A program made the position numbers and the translations under genes. Below are positions 12,547 through 25,899 of a stretch of 64,000 nucleotides of DNA, piece by piece. Source of the stretch: Sphyrna mokarran (taxonomy: Eukaryota); NCBI GenBank assembly GCA_024679065.1, contig JAGIQG010000014.1, positions 7,440,001 to 7,504,000 on the forward strand, written 5' to 3'. Below the pieces are notes generated by a model. The model did not search any database and was not told the DNA's origin. It saw only the letters and a program-made list of their open reading frames with translations. Positions within the stretch are counted from its first letter, which is position 1. Every line of letters begins with the position of its first letter.

Positions 12547-13500
12547 AAAGAACAAAGAACAAAACAGGACAGGAAACAGGTCCTTCTGCCCAACCAGCCC
12601 GCGCCACTGCCCCGATGTTCCCACCTTTACCAGTGATCCCTGCCTATGTTTATAGATCTATGGATTAAAAACCAAATTTGAGACAATTTAGGGAGAATTT
12701 GTTTTGCGAATAAGCCTAACAGCACACCTTTGGGATGTGGGAGGAATCCGGAGCTCCCGGAGAAAACCCACGCAAGCACGGGGAGAATGCGCAAACTCCC
12801 ACAGACACAGGCCCAATCCATGTATCTGCGCAGCACAGCGATAGTCACTGAGCTGCCGTGTTGCTCATCAAATGGTCCAGGTCAAGCGTACACTAACGAC
12901 GTGAAGCAATAGTATACTCTCGAAAAAAATCCAAGATCAGCCCTCTCACGACCCATCGCGTGTATGCCCGTTGTTAGACAACAAGGTGGACCAAAGCACC
13001 TGTAGGATAAAAACAAATACATCAATATCATCATCTATTTACATACTTCCCGGAGACTCCCAACGCTCATGATTCCTATTTTAAATCAGTTTTCTATACC
13101 CCTCCATTCCCATCCTGTTCATGTGCCCATCTAATTATTTCTTAAATAACTCCAGAGTGCCTGCCTCCACCACTTTGCTTGGCAGCGCATTCCATATCCC
13201 CACCACCCTCTGTGTGAAATAAACTCCCTTTAGCATCCAATTTTTTTACCCCCTCACCCTAAGCCCGTGACCCCTCGTGCTATTCCAGTCCATCCGAGGA
13301 AAAAGCTTAACCCTGTTTACCCTATCTATACCTCTCATAATCTTGTACACCTCTATTAGATCTCCTCTAAGTCTACCTCTTTCTAATGAAAACAGTCCCT
13401 GTTTGCCTAACCTCGCCTCGTAACTCAGACCCTCCCTACCAGGCAGCATACTGGTAAACCTCCTCTGCACTCTCTCCAGGGTCTCCACGTCCTTCCGGGA
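12547..13500 (-). mobile_element. CR1 LINE, 5'-truncated, with a V-SINE-derived 3' UTR and (TTCTTTG)n tail
   Basis: ORF RKDVETLERVQRRFTSMLPG...RLRGDLIEVYKIMRG. The 3' UTR is homologous to ~10300-10590 and ~58560-59139. Confidence 0.92.
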
Positions 13501-14349
13501 ATTTATGTCCCCTAACTCAATTAGCACTGGATTGATAAGGCAATTCTGCAAAATATTCATGCAAAAGTGCATTGGTCTTCCTATCTATTGTAGTGACATT
13601 CATGGTACCTTTTCATTCTGGTTAGGAGGAAAGTGACAATTTTTGGAAAGCGTCTTTGGACGATTAGTCCAAGTCCCTCCTGCAGCAGTGGTCAGTTCCA
13701 TAATTAAATAATAAGGGTTCTTACTTAACACATCCATTGCTGATTATGAAATCAATTTAAGAGAGTTTAAATTATTTGATAACCTTGTTGTAAACAGCAT
13801 TATGTCGTTTTCCGAAAGAAGCAGCTGCGTAATCACATCATTTTCATTTTCCACGAAATATTCAAATGCATGAACAAATGTACTGTTCATATGTGGTCAT
13901 TGATCAAGTGTGAATCGATCAATAAAATAAAACAAATATTTTCATTTGCAGAGAGATTTAGTTTAGATTTAAAACAATAATCTATTTACATACTTCCCGG
14001 AGTATATATGTATATAACTGATTTTCTTTACTATTTGGCCTAAGATACATAAATGAGGACACCGCTATTTCTGAGATTCGCATCATTATATCGGTTAAGT
14101 GTGGCCTCATTTTCAAATTTGCGCTGGAGTAGAATAGCATCCTTAATAAACCTGTGTCACCATCTCTTTCGTTTCCAAGAACATTTCTACAAACCTCGCA
14201 TGTTTATTCAAAGTTCAAACTGATTTTTTAAATAATATCAGTCATTCTGTCTAGTTATTTAATCCTTTGCTATTCATTAATGAGACATTGAATCACGAGG
14301 AGCTGCCAAAGCCCAACTCTAGATTGTTAGAGGCTCCCACGGTATTGCC

Positions 14350-15090
14350 AGTCTGGATGGATGCAAAAAGTTGAGTACACAAGAGAAAGTTAGTCAGTAA
14401 TATCAAAACTGAAGGTAAGAGCGTCTTTAGATATTTAAATAAGACTTAACAAAATGAACATTGGTTGCATGGAACAAGCTTGTACCGAATTCGTAGCGGA
14501 GATTGCGCTAGGCAAGTTAAACAAGCATTTTCCATTTATTTTCCCAATGGATGACACAAATAAAATTTAATAGTTGCAAATCAGAAAATGGAAAGGGGAG
14601 GAAATCAGCAAATTTTCCATCACGAGAAAAGTAGTATTGAACAAATACCATATATGAACTGAGAATTCCGTTATTTTGGATGGAACTTACACTAATATCT
14701 TGACAGAGTTTGTTCATGTAATTGCTGATTCATTGGCTCTAATTGCACAAAATCCCTAAATTCGGGGAAGAACCTATTAGATCGGAATTGAGCACATACA
14801 ACTCGTTTATTAAAGAAGGGAGAGAGCCAAAAATCAGGACACGATTTGCCAGTTAGCATATCTGACATCGAAAAATGGTGGAAACCATTATTAAATATGT
14901 TACAACAGGAACTTGGAAAAATAAGTGCAACCAGCCAGGAGGAACATCGTTTTCCGTGAACTAAATTATGCTGAACCAATTAATTGGAGTAGTTTCAATG
15001 AGTCAATGCTGCAGATATATAGGAGCCGGGCAATATATTTGGTTATACTCATTCGTGGGACATTGGCGTCACTGGTTGACCAAAAATTAT
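14350..15090 (+). mobile_element. Old CR1 ORF2 fragment
   Basis: Decayed RT-upstream motifs (actcgtttattaaagaagggagagag, ccagttagcatatctgacatc). Confidence 0.55.
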
Positions 15091-15099
15091 TGCCGAAAT

Positions 15100-16480
15100 G
15101 TAGTTGCTGATGACGTGGTGGCGGTGAGCTGCCTTCTTGAAACACTGCAGTCTGTGTGCTGTTGATTGACCCACAATGCCGTTAGGGAAAGAATTCCCAG
15201 ATTGTGTCCAAGCAACTTTGAAAGAAAGATGATATATTTCCAAGTCATGATGATGAGTTGTTTGGAGGGAAACTTGCACATGTTGGTGTCCCCAGGTATC
15301 TGCTGCCTTTGTCCTTCTAGATGGAAGTGGCCGTGGGTTTGAAAGATGCTGCCTAAGATCTTCGTTCACTTTTTGCAGTCCATCTTGTTGATAGTATACA
15401 CAATTGCTATTGAGCGTCGGTAGTGGAGGGAGTGGATATTTGTGAACCTGGTGCCAATCAAGCACGATGCTTTGTCATGGATGTTATCAGTTTCCTGAAA
15501 GTTGTTGGAGATGCAGCCATCCAGGCATTTGGGAAGTATTTTTTCAATACTCCTGACTTATGCCTTGTAGATTGTAAATAGTCTTTGGGGTATTAGAAGG
15601 AGAGAGTTACTAGCCAGATATTGCTGGCTTCTGCCTTAAGTTTATAACCATATTGTTTATGTGGCAAATCCAGGAGAGTGTCTGGTTAATGGTAACCCCA
15701 AGGATGTTACCAGTGGGGATTCAGTAATGACAGCACATTTGAATGTCAAGGGGCGCGGAGATTGAATTTTATTGGTCGTTGATATTTTTTGCCGTGTGAA
15801 TGTTACTTGTCACTTTTTAACATACTCTTGGATGTTTTCTTGTAACTGAAATGGACTGCTGCTATATATGAAGCATTGCAAATTGTGCTGAACATTGTGC
15901 AAACATTGGCGAATATCTCCACTTCTGACACACTGATGAATGTCATTGATGAATCAGCTGAAGATGGTTGTCACCAGAACACTACATGAGGGATTTCTGC
16001 AGAGATACGCTGGAGCTAAAATGACTGACCCAGGACAAATATAACCATCTTCCTGTGTGATCCAACCAGCGGAGAGTTTGTTCCCTGACAACCAGCCGTT
16101 CCAATTTTGCTAGGGCTTATTCAAACTACACACGGTCAAATGTGACCTTTATATCACTGTCACCTCGCCTCTGGAATTCAGCTCTTTTGAACTGAGGTTG
16201 TAATGAGCTTAGGAGCTGAGTGACCACGGCAAAACATAAACTGGGCGTCAGTGAATTGATTATTGCAGAACAGAATAGCACTGTTCATGTTTCTTTGCAT
16301 CATTTTACCGATGAGTGAGAGTAGGCTGATGTGGCAGTGATTGGTCGGATTGGAATTGTCCTGCACTTCGGGTACAGGGCAGACCTGGGCAATTTCTCAC
16401 GTTGCCGGTAACTGCCGGTGTTCTAACTGCACTGAAAGAGCTCGGAGAGGGGAACGGCAATCTCTGAATCACAATTCCCC
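15100..16480 (-). mobile_element. CR1/L2-group LINE fragment (RT and 3' end)
   Basis: NPTNHCHISLLSLIGKMM...FTDAQFMF and LRQHLSNPRPLPSRRTKAAD. Same family as ~17690-17990, ~33730-34030 and ~56170-57260. Confidence 0.8.
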
Positions 16481-19400
16481 TATACTATTGTCGTAATTTT
16501 AGGAGGGACCTTAATGGAGATTGAGGGAATCGCTGTCAAGACTGCACTGCAGTAAGAAAAATATAGGCATGATTTGCGAGATCAGAGAACGTTGCAAAGA
16601 TGGCCAGTATTATTGGGAGATAAGCAGTACACAAACAGAAAGAATTTAAGGGGTTGATTGAGGTGACATGTATAGGAAAATATGTAATGGTTGATTGCGT
16701 GAAAAATAACACAAAGTGTAGGGAGACAGCTATTTTTCGAGGTAGGCAAAATCGTAAGGAATGCAATAGGTTACCGAGTTTGAGAGTAATGTTCGGACTG
16801 AAGAAGATGCTAATATAGGTCAGGTATTCGCTGCTGATGTCGAAAAAAATAGAGAACGTGGTCATGTCCAGAAGTCCTTCCATCAAGTACTTATGACATG
16901 GAAGACCTTATAAGAAGTTCAGTTAAGTAAAAGTTAAGGGTAAATGGATCCTCTGCCATTTCCATCCTCAGAGCATTCAATTTCACCTGAAACCCACGTT
17001 TAGAGTTAATAAAATCGACATCTAGTTATGGTCTCTCTTGGGAGGCCAGTAGACGTAGAGCAGGAGAGAAGTGGTTGCTATCAGGTTGGGGAAATGAAAG
17101 TTGCAGAGATTCAATATTACAGAATCAGGATAGGAAGATGCAAAGGACAAGCTCATCAATCCCGAATGAACATGCTTCCCAGCAGCTACTGCCACCTTTG
17201 CTTCAGAAACCATGATTTGCTTCGGCCCTATGTTAATGACACGAACCTTTGGATCAGATACTGGCATATAAAAGAGCAGTGTCTATATTCGTCACTGCAT
17301 TCCTCGTCCTTCTTCCTAGATTCACTGATTCGTTCATCCACTATGGCTTCAGCATCGAAATCTGTAAGCAACGCCATTTTAATACCAAGTTTGGTTTTTA
17401 TTCCATCCGTTGGACGCTTGGTGAATGCACACTGAAAGCAAATCATATTTGTTTAAATATATTTCTTCCCTGCACACACTGCATAGCAATGTAAACTGCT
17501 TAATAACCCTTCCCTGACTGAGTGCAATTTCAGCAACATTCAAGGAGTTCTACACAATCCAACGTAAAGGAGCTGCTTGTTAAACACTCGCCTACTGTCT
17601 TATACCTTCGCTCTCTTGACCATCGATACACATTACCTACAATGTGGATAGTATATTATGGATTCATTACATTGAACCTCCTTGAAAAACATTTTCAAAA
17701 CCCCCGAAATGGATCAAATAAAATGAGAACATTAAGTTAATCTGAAAACCTGCGCGTTCACCTCCAAGCCACACGTTATCCTGACCTGAAGGTATGCCAC
17801 CGTTGCATCACGGTTGCCTGGTAGAATTCCTACAACTCCTTCCCTAGTATCTCCAACAGTGTTTGTGAAACTCACGGACAGCATAGATTCAAAAAGGCAG
17901 AATACCACCAACTTCTCAAGGATGGATTATTTAAATGTTCACGTAAACAGTGCTGCCCACATCCCTCGATCAAACATTCAATACTTCGGCATTGTGGGCT
18001 TCAGTCATTGCAATGCATTACAGGAAAGATGGGCTAAATGACACGTTGTTAATTTGTGTGATCGATGAACTATAGTGATGATTATGGATAGTGGTGCTCA
18101 AGGGGAAGTTAACACAAATTCTGCCTTTTTAGGAAAATATTGTAAACATCATGCTTGGAGGGCTGAAAGTAAAGTTGCAGCAAGCTGCAAACAATGACTG
18201 GTGGAATTCCTTTGGATCAGCGGACTAGATGCATTGAAAACATTTCTGTGTATATCAGGCATGTTGTGCTGAAAGGCACACTGAGAAATGGGATCAAATG
18301 GATTGAAGGTAACAGCATTTCGTTATCCACTCAAACTTAAGGAACACCCAAGCAGTTGTAATAGGTGAGTCAAAGTTATCAGGATGGATTTAATGTTTAG
18401 AGGGACTGATAGAAGACAGTGGGTAGATGGGCTCGATTAACGGAATGAAATGGATCGGAATTTATTAATGAACATTTATTACTAGCTGGACGGCATTGGC
18501 TAGTTATATCTGCTGAACAGAATGAAATTTGTTGCCGGGGAGATGAACTGAACAGAATATTGTGGATAGGTGCTAGGATACAATAAATGAAGGCGATGTT
18601 GTCGTTAAGTGACATGGCTGAGTGAAGAGAGAAGCTTGGCAAGATTGTATGCACCGTACTGTTCACTATTACTATTATTGTAATATTAATGTACTATTAG
18701 CTGTCGGGAATATTGTGGCTGAATGGTACGAATGGGTGAATGAGTACCTTAAATAGGTGAAAACGACAGACTGACTTTATTTCTGATCAAGTGATATGCC
18801 ATGCTGAAGGGAATATTTGAACAGATGATACAGCAGTTTGAAGGCAACACAGTGGATCTAGATGGAAGAGTGATGTTCACCTGACTGAAACAGCACTGGA
18901 GCTCTGTCATCAGTTGCGATACAATCACTCTCTTAAATGTTGTCCCAGGGCAAACTGTGGCCAAACTAATTTTGCGAAGCCTGGATGTTGACTTGCTCAC
19001 ACTGTAATTTTGAAACCTTTCACCAACATTAATGAGTTATAATCATTTTCAGAAAAGCAGAAATCAGTTTCCGTACTATTCGTGTCAAAGTTCTTCTGTT
19101 AAGTTGTGTAGCGTGGTGTGCACGGATCTCCTACCTAAAGGCGGCATGACAAGTGATCGCTGCTATTCTCAGTTAAAATCGAAATGGTGAAATATTCGTG
19201 CTCTTCCTGAAGCCCATCAGGCAGCTGATCTGGGGGGAAGGAGTCCGAGCGCTGAAGAATTCCACTGTGGTGGGGCAGCATTTATTGTTTCTTCTTGAAT
19301 TGTTGCATCTACTGAAATCCTAATGTCCCAAATATGGTGTAAAAAATATTTCAAGAGATTTGTCCTGAATAGTACAGCAATTATGAAAGATCGTCATATC

Positions 19401-19796
19401 AAAATGATGTTAGTATGAGGTTCAAAATTATTTCAAAAGCCCAAACTATAAATGAAATGCTAAATGTTCAAATATCAATGCAGAATGTTGCTTTATTGAA
19501 TAGGTTCTTAATCCTGTTTCTATTCACTCAATGGTACACCTCTCGCAATAGTTTTGTTGCTACCAACACATTTATTTTATTTGTTTAAATAATTGTGAAA
19601 GAGCATCATTATCGTTAACTTCGTTTTTTCTCTCTAGGCTCTTTCTTAAATCACTGTAACAAATCCTTTTAAATTATGCAATTTAAGAGTTATGCACCTC
19701 TCAACGGGGCGATCTATTTCATTTTACTGTTGGCTCATTCGAACACGCATTGATATTTAATCAGTTGGAGGCACCATTATCCTTACCTCACAGATA

Positions 19797-19866
19797 ATGA
19801 AATACTCAGTGATATATCAAATAGAATGCATCTATTATCCTGTTCTCGCAGCTATTGGCATTATTG
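19797..19866 (+). pseudogene. GPR139-like GPCR gene 2, coding exon 1 (MKYSVIYQIECIYYPVLAAIGII + G)
   Basis: 70-nt exon ending ATTG|GTAAGG. Paralogous to 35848-35917. The exon itself is intact, but exon 2 is frameshifted. Confidence 0.85.
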
Positions 19867-20419
19867 GTAAGGCTTTGAATCCAGTTGCAATGTTGTTAAC
19901 TAATGTTGATTTCTTATTTACGCTTGGTCCCTACCTTGTGCTTCAACAGTTTTCTGTTTTTTCTCTGAGTGATAAAGATGTCATTGCGTGCTACCGTTTA
20001 AACCAAGAGTAATTTTACTGCTGGCTTTAGGAGGATTATTTACAAGGCTTTTATTTTCTTCAGTGTTCAACAGAGTCATTTTTTTAAGAACCTTCCGCTT
20101 CATTGATTCTTATCCATTTTCATCTAAAGAGCAAATCTGAGGATCAGTATCTAAATATCTGTGGATCATTTAATTCCCCCGCCATATGGGCAGATTTTAC
20201 GACCATTATTGCGAATGCAAATAAATGGCAGGTATTGTTTGCAATGGAAAACTGACACGTGATTACTCATTGTTGTGCATTTTTTTTTGATTATTCTCTC
20301 CTCACCATTTAACACCACAGTAAATATGTACCGTTTTTTCTTAAATAGAGGAAAGACTAGTCTATAGTAAATTGCATAAATAAGAGTGCTCAAGTGTATA
20401 TAGAATTGCAGATTCATAT

Positions 20420-20731
20420 AATCTCTACAGTACAGAAGGAGGACATTCAGCCCATTGAAGCTGCACCGACGGCAATCCAACCTAGGCCCGATTCCTGTAA
20501 CCTGACATATTTAATATGTTAATTCTGTGACACTAGAATCATTTTAACACGGCTAATCAAATTGTTTCTCATTCTTTGGTCTGCGGGAGGAAACTCGGGC
20601 ACCCGGAGGAAACCCACGCTAACACGGAAAGAATGTGCAAAATCTACACAGGCATTACCAGAGGCTCGATTTAATACCGGGTCCCTGGCGCTGTGAGGCA
20701 GAAGTATGAACCATAGTGCCACCATATTCCC
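20420..20731 (-). mobile_element. V-SINE (HE1-like) in the gene 2 intron
   Basis: Head ...ctgcctcacagcgccagggacccggt..., V core and tail. Orthologous copy at ~36480-36783. Confidence 0.88.
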
Positions 20732-21760
20732 CATACAGTGTATATGTTATGCGTTAACAGCAGAAAAAATCAGTGGGGATTGTACAACATGTCATAGTAT
20801 ATATACATTCAAGATAACAACTAATCCCCACAAGTCAACTAAAAGGAAAGGTCAGCTGCAATGCACTTTGAAAACATTCTTCACATTTCAACACTGGAGA
20901 ACGCATAATTGACAACACGTCTCTTATTTTGAACACGATTGATAGTTTCGCTGAATTATTGCTTGAATTTCGTTCATTTGTCAAGTATTTCATGATGCAA
21001 GCTTTATTATTAAATGAGTCAACTCTACCTCAGCTGGTCACAATACCGTCTCTGTGTCAAAATTTTATATACTTAAACCTGACTACAGATTTCGGTCACA
21101 GAAATAAGGATCCACGCAATATTGCAGTGTGGAGGCAGGTTACACAAAATTTCGATTTCGACAAGTTCAGCCCCTTCTACTTCGTCAATTGTGCTTTTAC
21201 ATCGTATCCCAATATTTCATAGAAATAAACAGCGTTATCCTGGATGCTGGGGCCGAAATAGACATCCAATTAATATTAGAAGATATACATTGCCTTGACA
21301 TTTTAATATTGATGTTTGCAAGAGCTTGTTCTATACAACTCAGCTGATGCATTTCCTAACATAAAGTAGTGACAATGCTCCATTGGTAATGAAAAATTTT
21401 GTCAATTTTTGTCGTCGTGAAAATGTTTATTTAATTAAAAATGATCAGGTTTCTATGTTCCCAAAATTCATCAGCTTTAATTAATAGTTGGTACTACCAG
21501 GTGGGATATAGAAGATAAACTGGGTTCGCAAAGAGCAATTATTGTTATGGTTAGATCTGAATTGAATAAAGCAAGTTGAAAAAAATCATTTTCCTATTTG
21601 ATGTCGAGACATGCGCACCACAGCCAAGCTGATAATTAATGCGTGTTATTATCGTTGTTTAATTGTCTCAGTAAATGAGATGAATCAACTGCTTTGTTGT
21701 TGTTTATTCTTTGTTCTTTAATTGAATCCATTACTATACAAGTTCAATGCTAATTAAGAG

Positions 21761-22110
21761 TCGGCACGCTGGCACAGTGTTTAACAGGGTTGCGTTGCAG
21801 TTGCAGAGATCTACGTCCGATTCCCGGCTTGCATCACTGTCTGTATGAAATTTGCACGTTGTGTCTGCGTAGGTTTCCACCCACAGTCCGGAGATGTGCG
21901 GGTTAGGTTAATTGGCCACGCTAAATTATCCTTTCGTGTCTCTTAGAGTGCAAGTTAGAGGGTTTAGTAGTGTAAAGATGTGGAGTTATGGGAATAAGGC
22001 TGGGCGGCAGGGGCGGGGGCAGCGGTGGTGGAGGGGAGAAGGAAGGGGGGGTCTGTTGGTGGTGCAGGCTCGATGGGCCGAATGGCTTCCTTCTGCATTG
22101 TAGAGGTCCT
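21761..22110 (+). mobile_element. V-SINE (HE1-like) in the gene 2 intron
   Basis: ggcacgctggcacagtg...tttgcacgtt...gttaggttaattggccacgctaaatt...gatgggccgaatggcttccttctgc. Orthologous copy at ~37866-38215. Confidence 0.85.
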
Positions 22111-23556
22111 ATAATTCACCCAGAATAGATTACCTCCTCTTTTTTGAAAGAAGACTCGTGAATCTATCGTGCAAAAATTAGGCACCAGAGTACGTTGCCT
22201 TTTTAAATGATAGCAGTTGTTGATTTCATGAAATCATGAAGAAGAGAATGAAATAAATCGTCGGATCGACATTAAAAATAGTTCCACGCGCCTGTTTTTT
22301 TTCTTGTAGATTCAATTCGCTTTAAGAAAGTTACAACAGAATCTGTTTCGTTCCCCAATCATACAAGTGTTTGATATCATGGCAAAGTGCTATGTAAATT
22401 GAAACATACATGTTTGATCTTTGCCGTTCTTAAATATCTGTCTGTTCTCATCAAACAACGTCATTTGGTTACTGACCCTCGAACCAGCCAAATTAAGTAT
22501 CGAAGGATGTTTGATTTTAGTGAGTTATTCCCACTTTTCGCTTTTCCGTCCGTCATAAAGCAGCGCCGATATTTCCCGGCACGCGAAGAAATAATGTCCT
22601 CAGGTCCTGATGAGGCTCCAATGCCCCTCATCTTCACCCTTTCCTTGAATTCTTAAGCAATTTCCGGAATGCCAAAGTGTCCTCCAGCTCACATCTAACC
22701 ATTATTTAGAAAAATTCCCTGACACATTCTTGTGTTTCTCCTCTGTCTCCATTTAACAAAGTCGAGGTGCATTGTTTAGCATATTCTTAACTCGAGTTCC
22801 CATATTCAGAAATGTGTGTAAGTATATCATAGTACATTCTCAGTCTGTTTCACAATTGTACCATAAATTGGTATAGTTTCTCAGAATGTATTTTCCAAGT
22901 TGAATCAGTACATTTTGCGTTTTGAGATTCATGTGCCCTGCTTTTCCAAGTTTTCTCTCTCAGTTTGTGTCTCCTGTGTCTTTTGCCACATTCCTCGAGC
23001 CTAGTTAATTGGTTTCCCGCCTGTGTATGTCTAAGTCCAATTCATTTGTTTCTCCCAACACATTCTGATATCTTGGGTGACATATTGTTTTGCACTCATG
23101 CAGTTAAAAAGCTCAGAATTTATTGCTATTGCAAAGTATCATCAGTTTCCATTCTGAGAGCAGGGATTAGTTTTGCTGACAAATCAACTGTGAGAGTATC
23201 ATAAGCTCTCACAGTCCAAATTCCAAATTACCTTCTGCATTATAAATAATCAAACCGTGTCATCTTATAATAATGCTAAACATAAACAAATCTAATTCCA
23301 ATGTACATTTTATTCTCCCGGTTAAATAACAATTCACTGATACTTGAAGAGGTAGGTTAATAGGTTAATGCAGTATTGATGGTGGTGGTGGGGGGTGGGG
23401 AACAGAGGAAGGATTTGAGATATAAGGGAAGGTTGGAGATAATAAATGACTAAAGAAATCAAGGCAAAGAAGAGGCTTCAGCTTTTTAAACATCTCAATA
23501 AGATCCATCTTATTATCTACTTACTCATTTCCCTGTCTTTCATCAATAACATTGCC

Positions 23557-23735
23557 CTACTTTTTGGTAGCACAGTGGTACATTGATTGGAACTGCTGCC
23601 TCACAACACCTGGGAACCGGCTTCGGTTCCCGATCTGGTCACTGTCTGTGTATAGATTGGACGTTCTCCTCGAGTCTGTGTGGTTTTCATCCGAGTTCGA
23701 AAGTCTCCTCCTCCAGTCGGAAAGACGTTGTAAAT
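23557..23735 (+). mobile_element. V-SINE fragment
   Basis: ggtagcacagtgg...actgctgcctcacaacacctgggaaccggcttcggttcc plus the V core. Confidence 0.75.
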
Positions 23736-24664
23736 TCTCCAGCTTTTTTTTTTCTCAAACAGACGCTGAAGTGTGTCGAGAAGGATTTCTTTTTAAAGTA
23801 TCTTTAGTGCATTGTTATGCAAGGCCATTTGCGACACTAATAAATACACTTCGAAGTTTACGGTCCTCGCGCTCCTTCACCAGCACCCTTCACCGACAAA
23901 AACGATCCGCTACGATTTCCGTGGCGGAGGGGCCATGCCTTCTTCTCTCAGCATATTTGCTTAAAACGTGCTGTGCTTCTAACTAGGTTAAAGGGAGAAG
24001 GATTATATTCGTTCAGATGGTGGATATGTATGTTTGTATTCTTTGCCTTAAGAGCATAACTGAATGTGACAAAAGATTCAGATTGGAATCGACATTCCGG
24101 GGTGCAGGGGAGGAGGGGGGCGTCAAAAGGAACACTGCTTTAGACCACGATTAGATCAGACAAGATTTCATTAACTGCCAGCGCAAGCTGGAAGGACCGA
24201 TTGCCTATTGTTTCCCCTCTTTCTTATTTTTCAACATAATTTTCAACAAGAATTCAAACATACATTCGGTTCTACTAGTTGCCTATTTACACTTACCTAT
24301 ATAGAAAACTTACGCATATCATTTACTTAAGACAGCCGGTTCTGATAAAAGTGACCATTTCTTCCTCCTGCGGATATACAGAACCAAATTTCTTATTTAT
24401 GTCAAGCTATCATTTTTCAAGATTAGATCCGGCTCCATTTGATGTATTTCACCGTTAATGGCGTTCTTTTTAAACTTTGAGATTTAGAAGTATGACCACG
24501 ACGTTGCCAAATATTCAACCAATCATACTCAAACAGAATAACCAATATCATGACAGATCATTGTGACATTTTTTTTTCGATTCATTATTAACAACTGTTA
24601 ATAGTGTTGTTTCGTTATGTTCAATTCATTGTACGCTTTGCTTTTTTTTAATTACTTATGACTG

Positions 24665-25745
24665 CGTGGCAAACATCCATTTCAATTGCATTTTGAAGTT
24701 TTCTGATGATACCACCGTAGTGATCGAATCTCCTTCAATGAAGTCACGCAGTATACCAAAAAGATAGAGATTCTGCTCAAATAGCGCAATGACATAAATG
24801 TTAGTAAATCGAAGGAGATAGCCATTGACTTCAATAAAAACAGTGGAGGATTTGCATCTGCTTACGGCAACGGTGATGAAGTGGAGATGATCGAGAACTT
24901 CACGTTTCTAGGTATCCAGATTACCAAAAATCTGTCCTGGCCCCTACGAGACAATATTCTAGTTAATAAAGCCCATAAACGTCTATAATTTCTCACAAGG
25001 CAAAAAAAAAATGGCCTGTCCACTAAGACATTCCTAATATTTACAGATGCACCATAGAAACCGTGTCATCTTATAATAATGCTGAACATAAACAAATTTA
25101 ACTCCAATGTACTTTTTATTCTCCCGGTTAAATAACAATTCACTGATACTTGAAGAGGTAGGTTAATAGGTTAATGCAGTAGTGATGGTGGTGGGGGGTG
25201 GAGGACAGAGGAAGGATTTGAGATATAAAGGAAGGTTGGAGATAATAAATGACTAAAGGAATTGTGAATCAAGGCAAAGAAGAGGCTCCCTGGATGTTAT
25301 ATGGTTATAACAGTTTATATGATTGCTGCTCTAATCAAGACCACAAGGAACGACAAAGTGGGAGCAAAGCCCAGTCGATTAGGCAAACCAGTGTCCATCC
25401 ATTGACTCCGTTTATTCATTCTACTTCCTCTGGAAAGCAGTCAGCATAATCGAGGACCTCAGGCATCACGGGAATATACCTTCCACATTGTTCATTCGGG
25501 AAAATAAGATACACACATCTGAAAACACGTCCAACCGACTCAAGAATAATTTCTTTAGAGATTAAATGGCCCTACCTTACTTTCAATTGATCTTTTCTTT
25601 ACTAAATGTGCAACTGAAAAATCTATATTCCGCATTCTAACGTTTTGTTTTCCTCTAACGGCTTAGTGGACGGTACATCTTGCCTGTAAAATGCACAAGA
25701 AACAATTTTCACTCTATCCCAAAGCATGTGAGAATAAATGAAATT
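24665..25745 (+). mobile_element. Rex1/Babar-like LINE 3' fragment, interrupted by a ~230-bp templated insertion
   Basis: KFSDDTTVV, KSKEIAIDF and ENFTFLG motifs, ending gaataaa. Orthologous copy at ~39760-40625. Confidence 0.75.
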
Positions 25746-25899
25746 GGATCATCATCATCGTATTCTTCTGTAGAAAGGCAATCAATTTGCTGCAATGAAT
25801 GCCATCTTCATTTTTTACATTGAATCTTATGCAAATGATAAAATATTTACCTGTGCATTTGTCTACTAAATTGTTGATGTTTAATTCTATTTGTTACAG

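Noticed and set aside
19867-20012. Continuation of the 71-aa ORFs (19797-20012, 35848-36063, and 59189-59377) as small single-exon proteins
   Set aside because: Consensus donors fall exactly at nt 70 in all paralogs. The similarity beyond the donor in genes 2/3 just reflects the segmental duplication.
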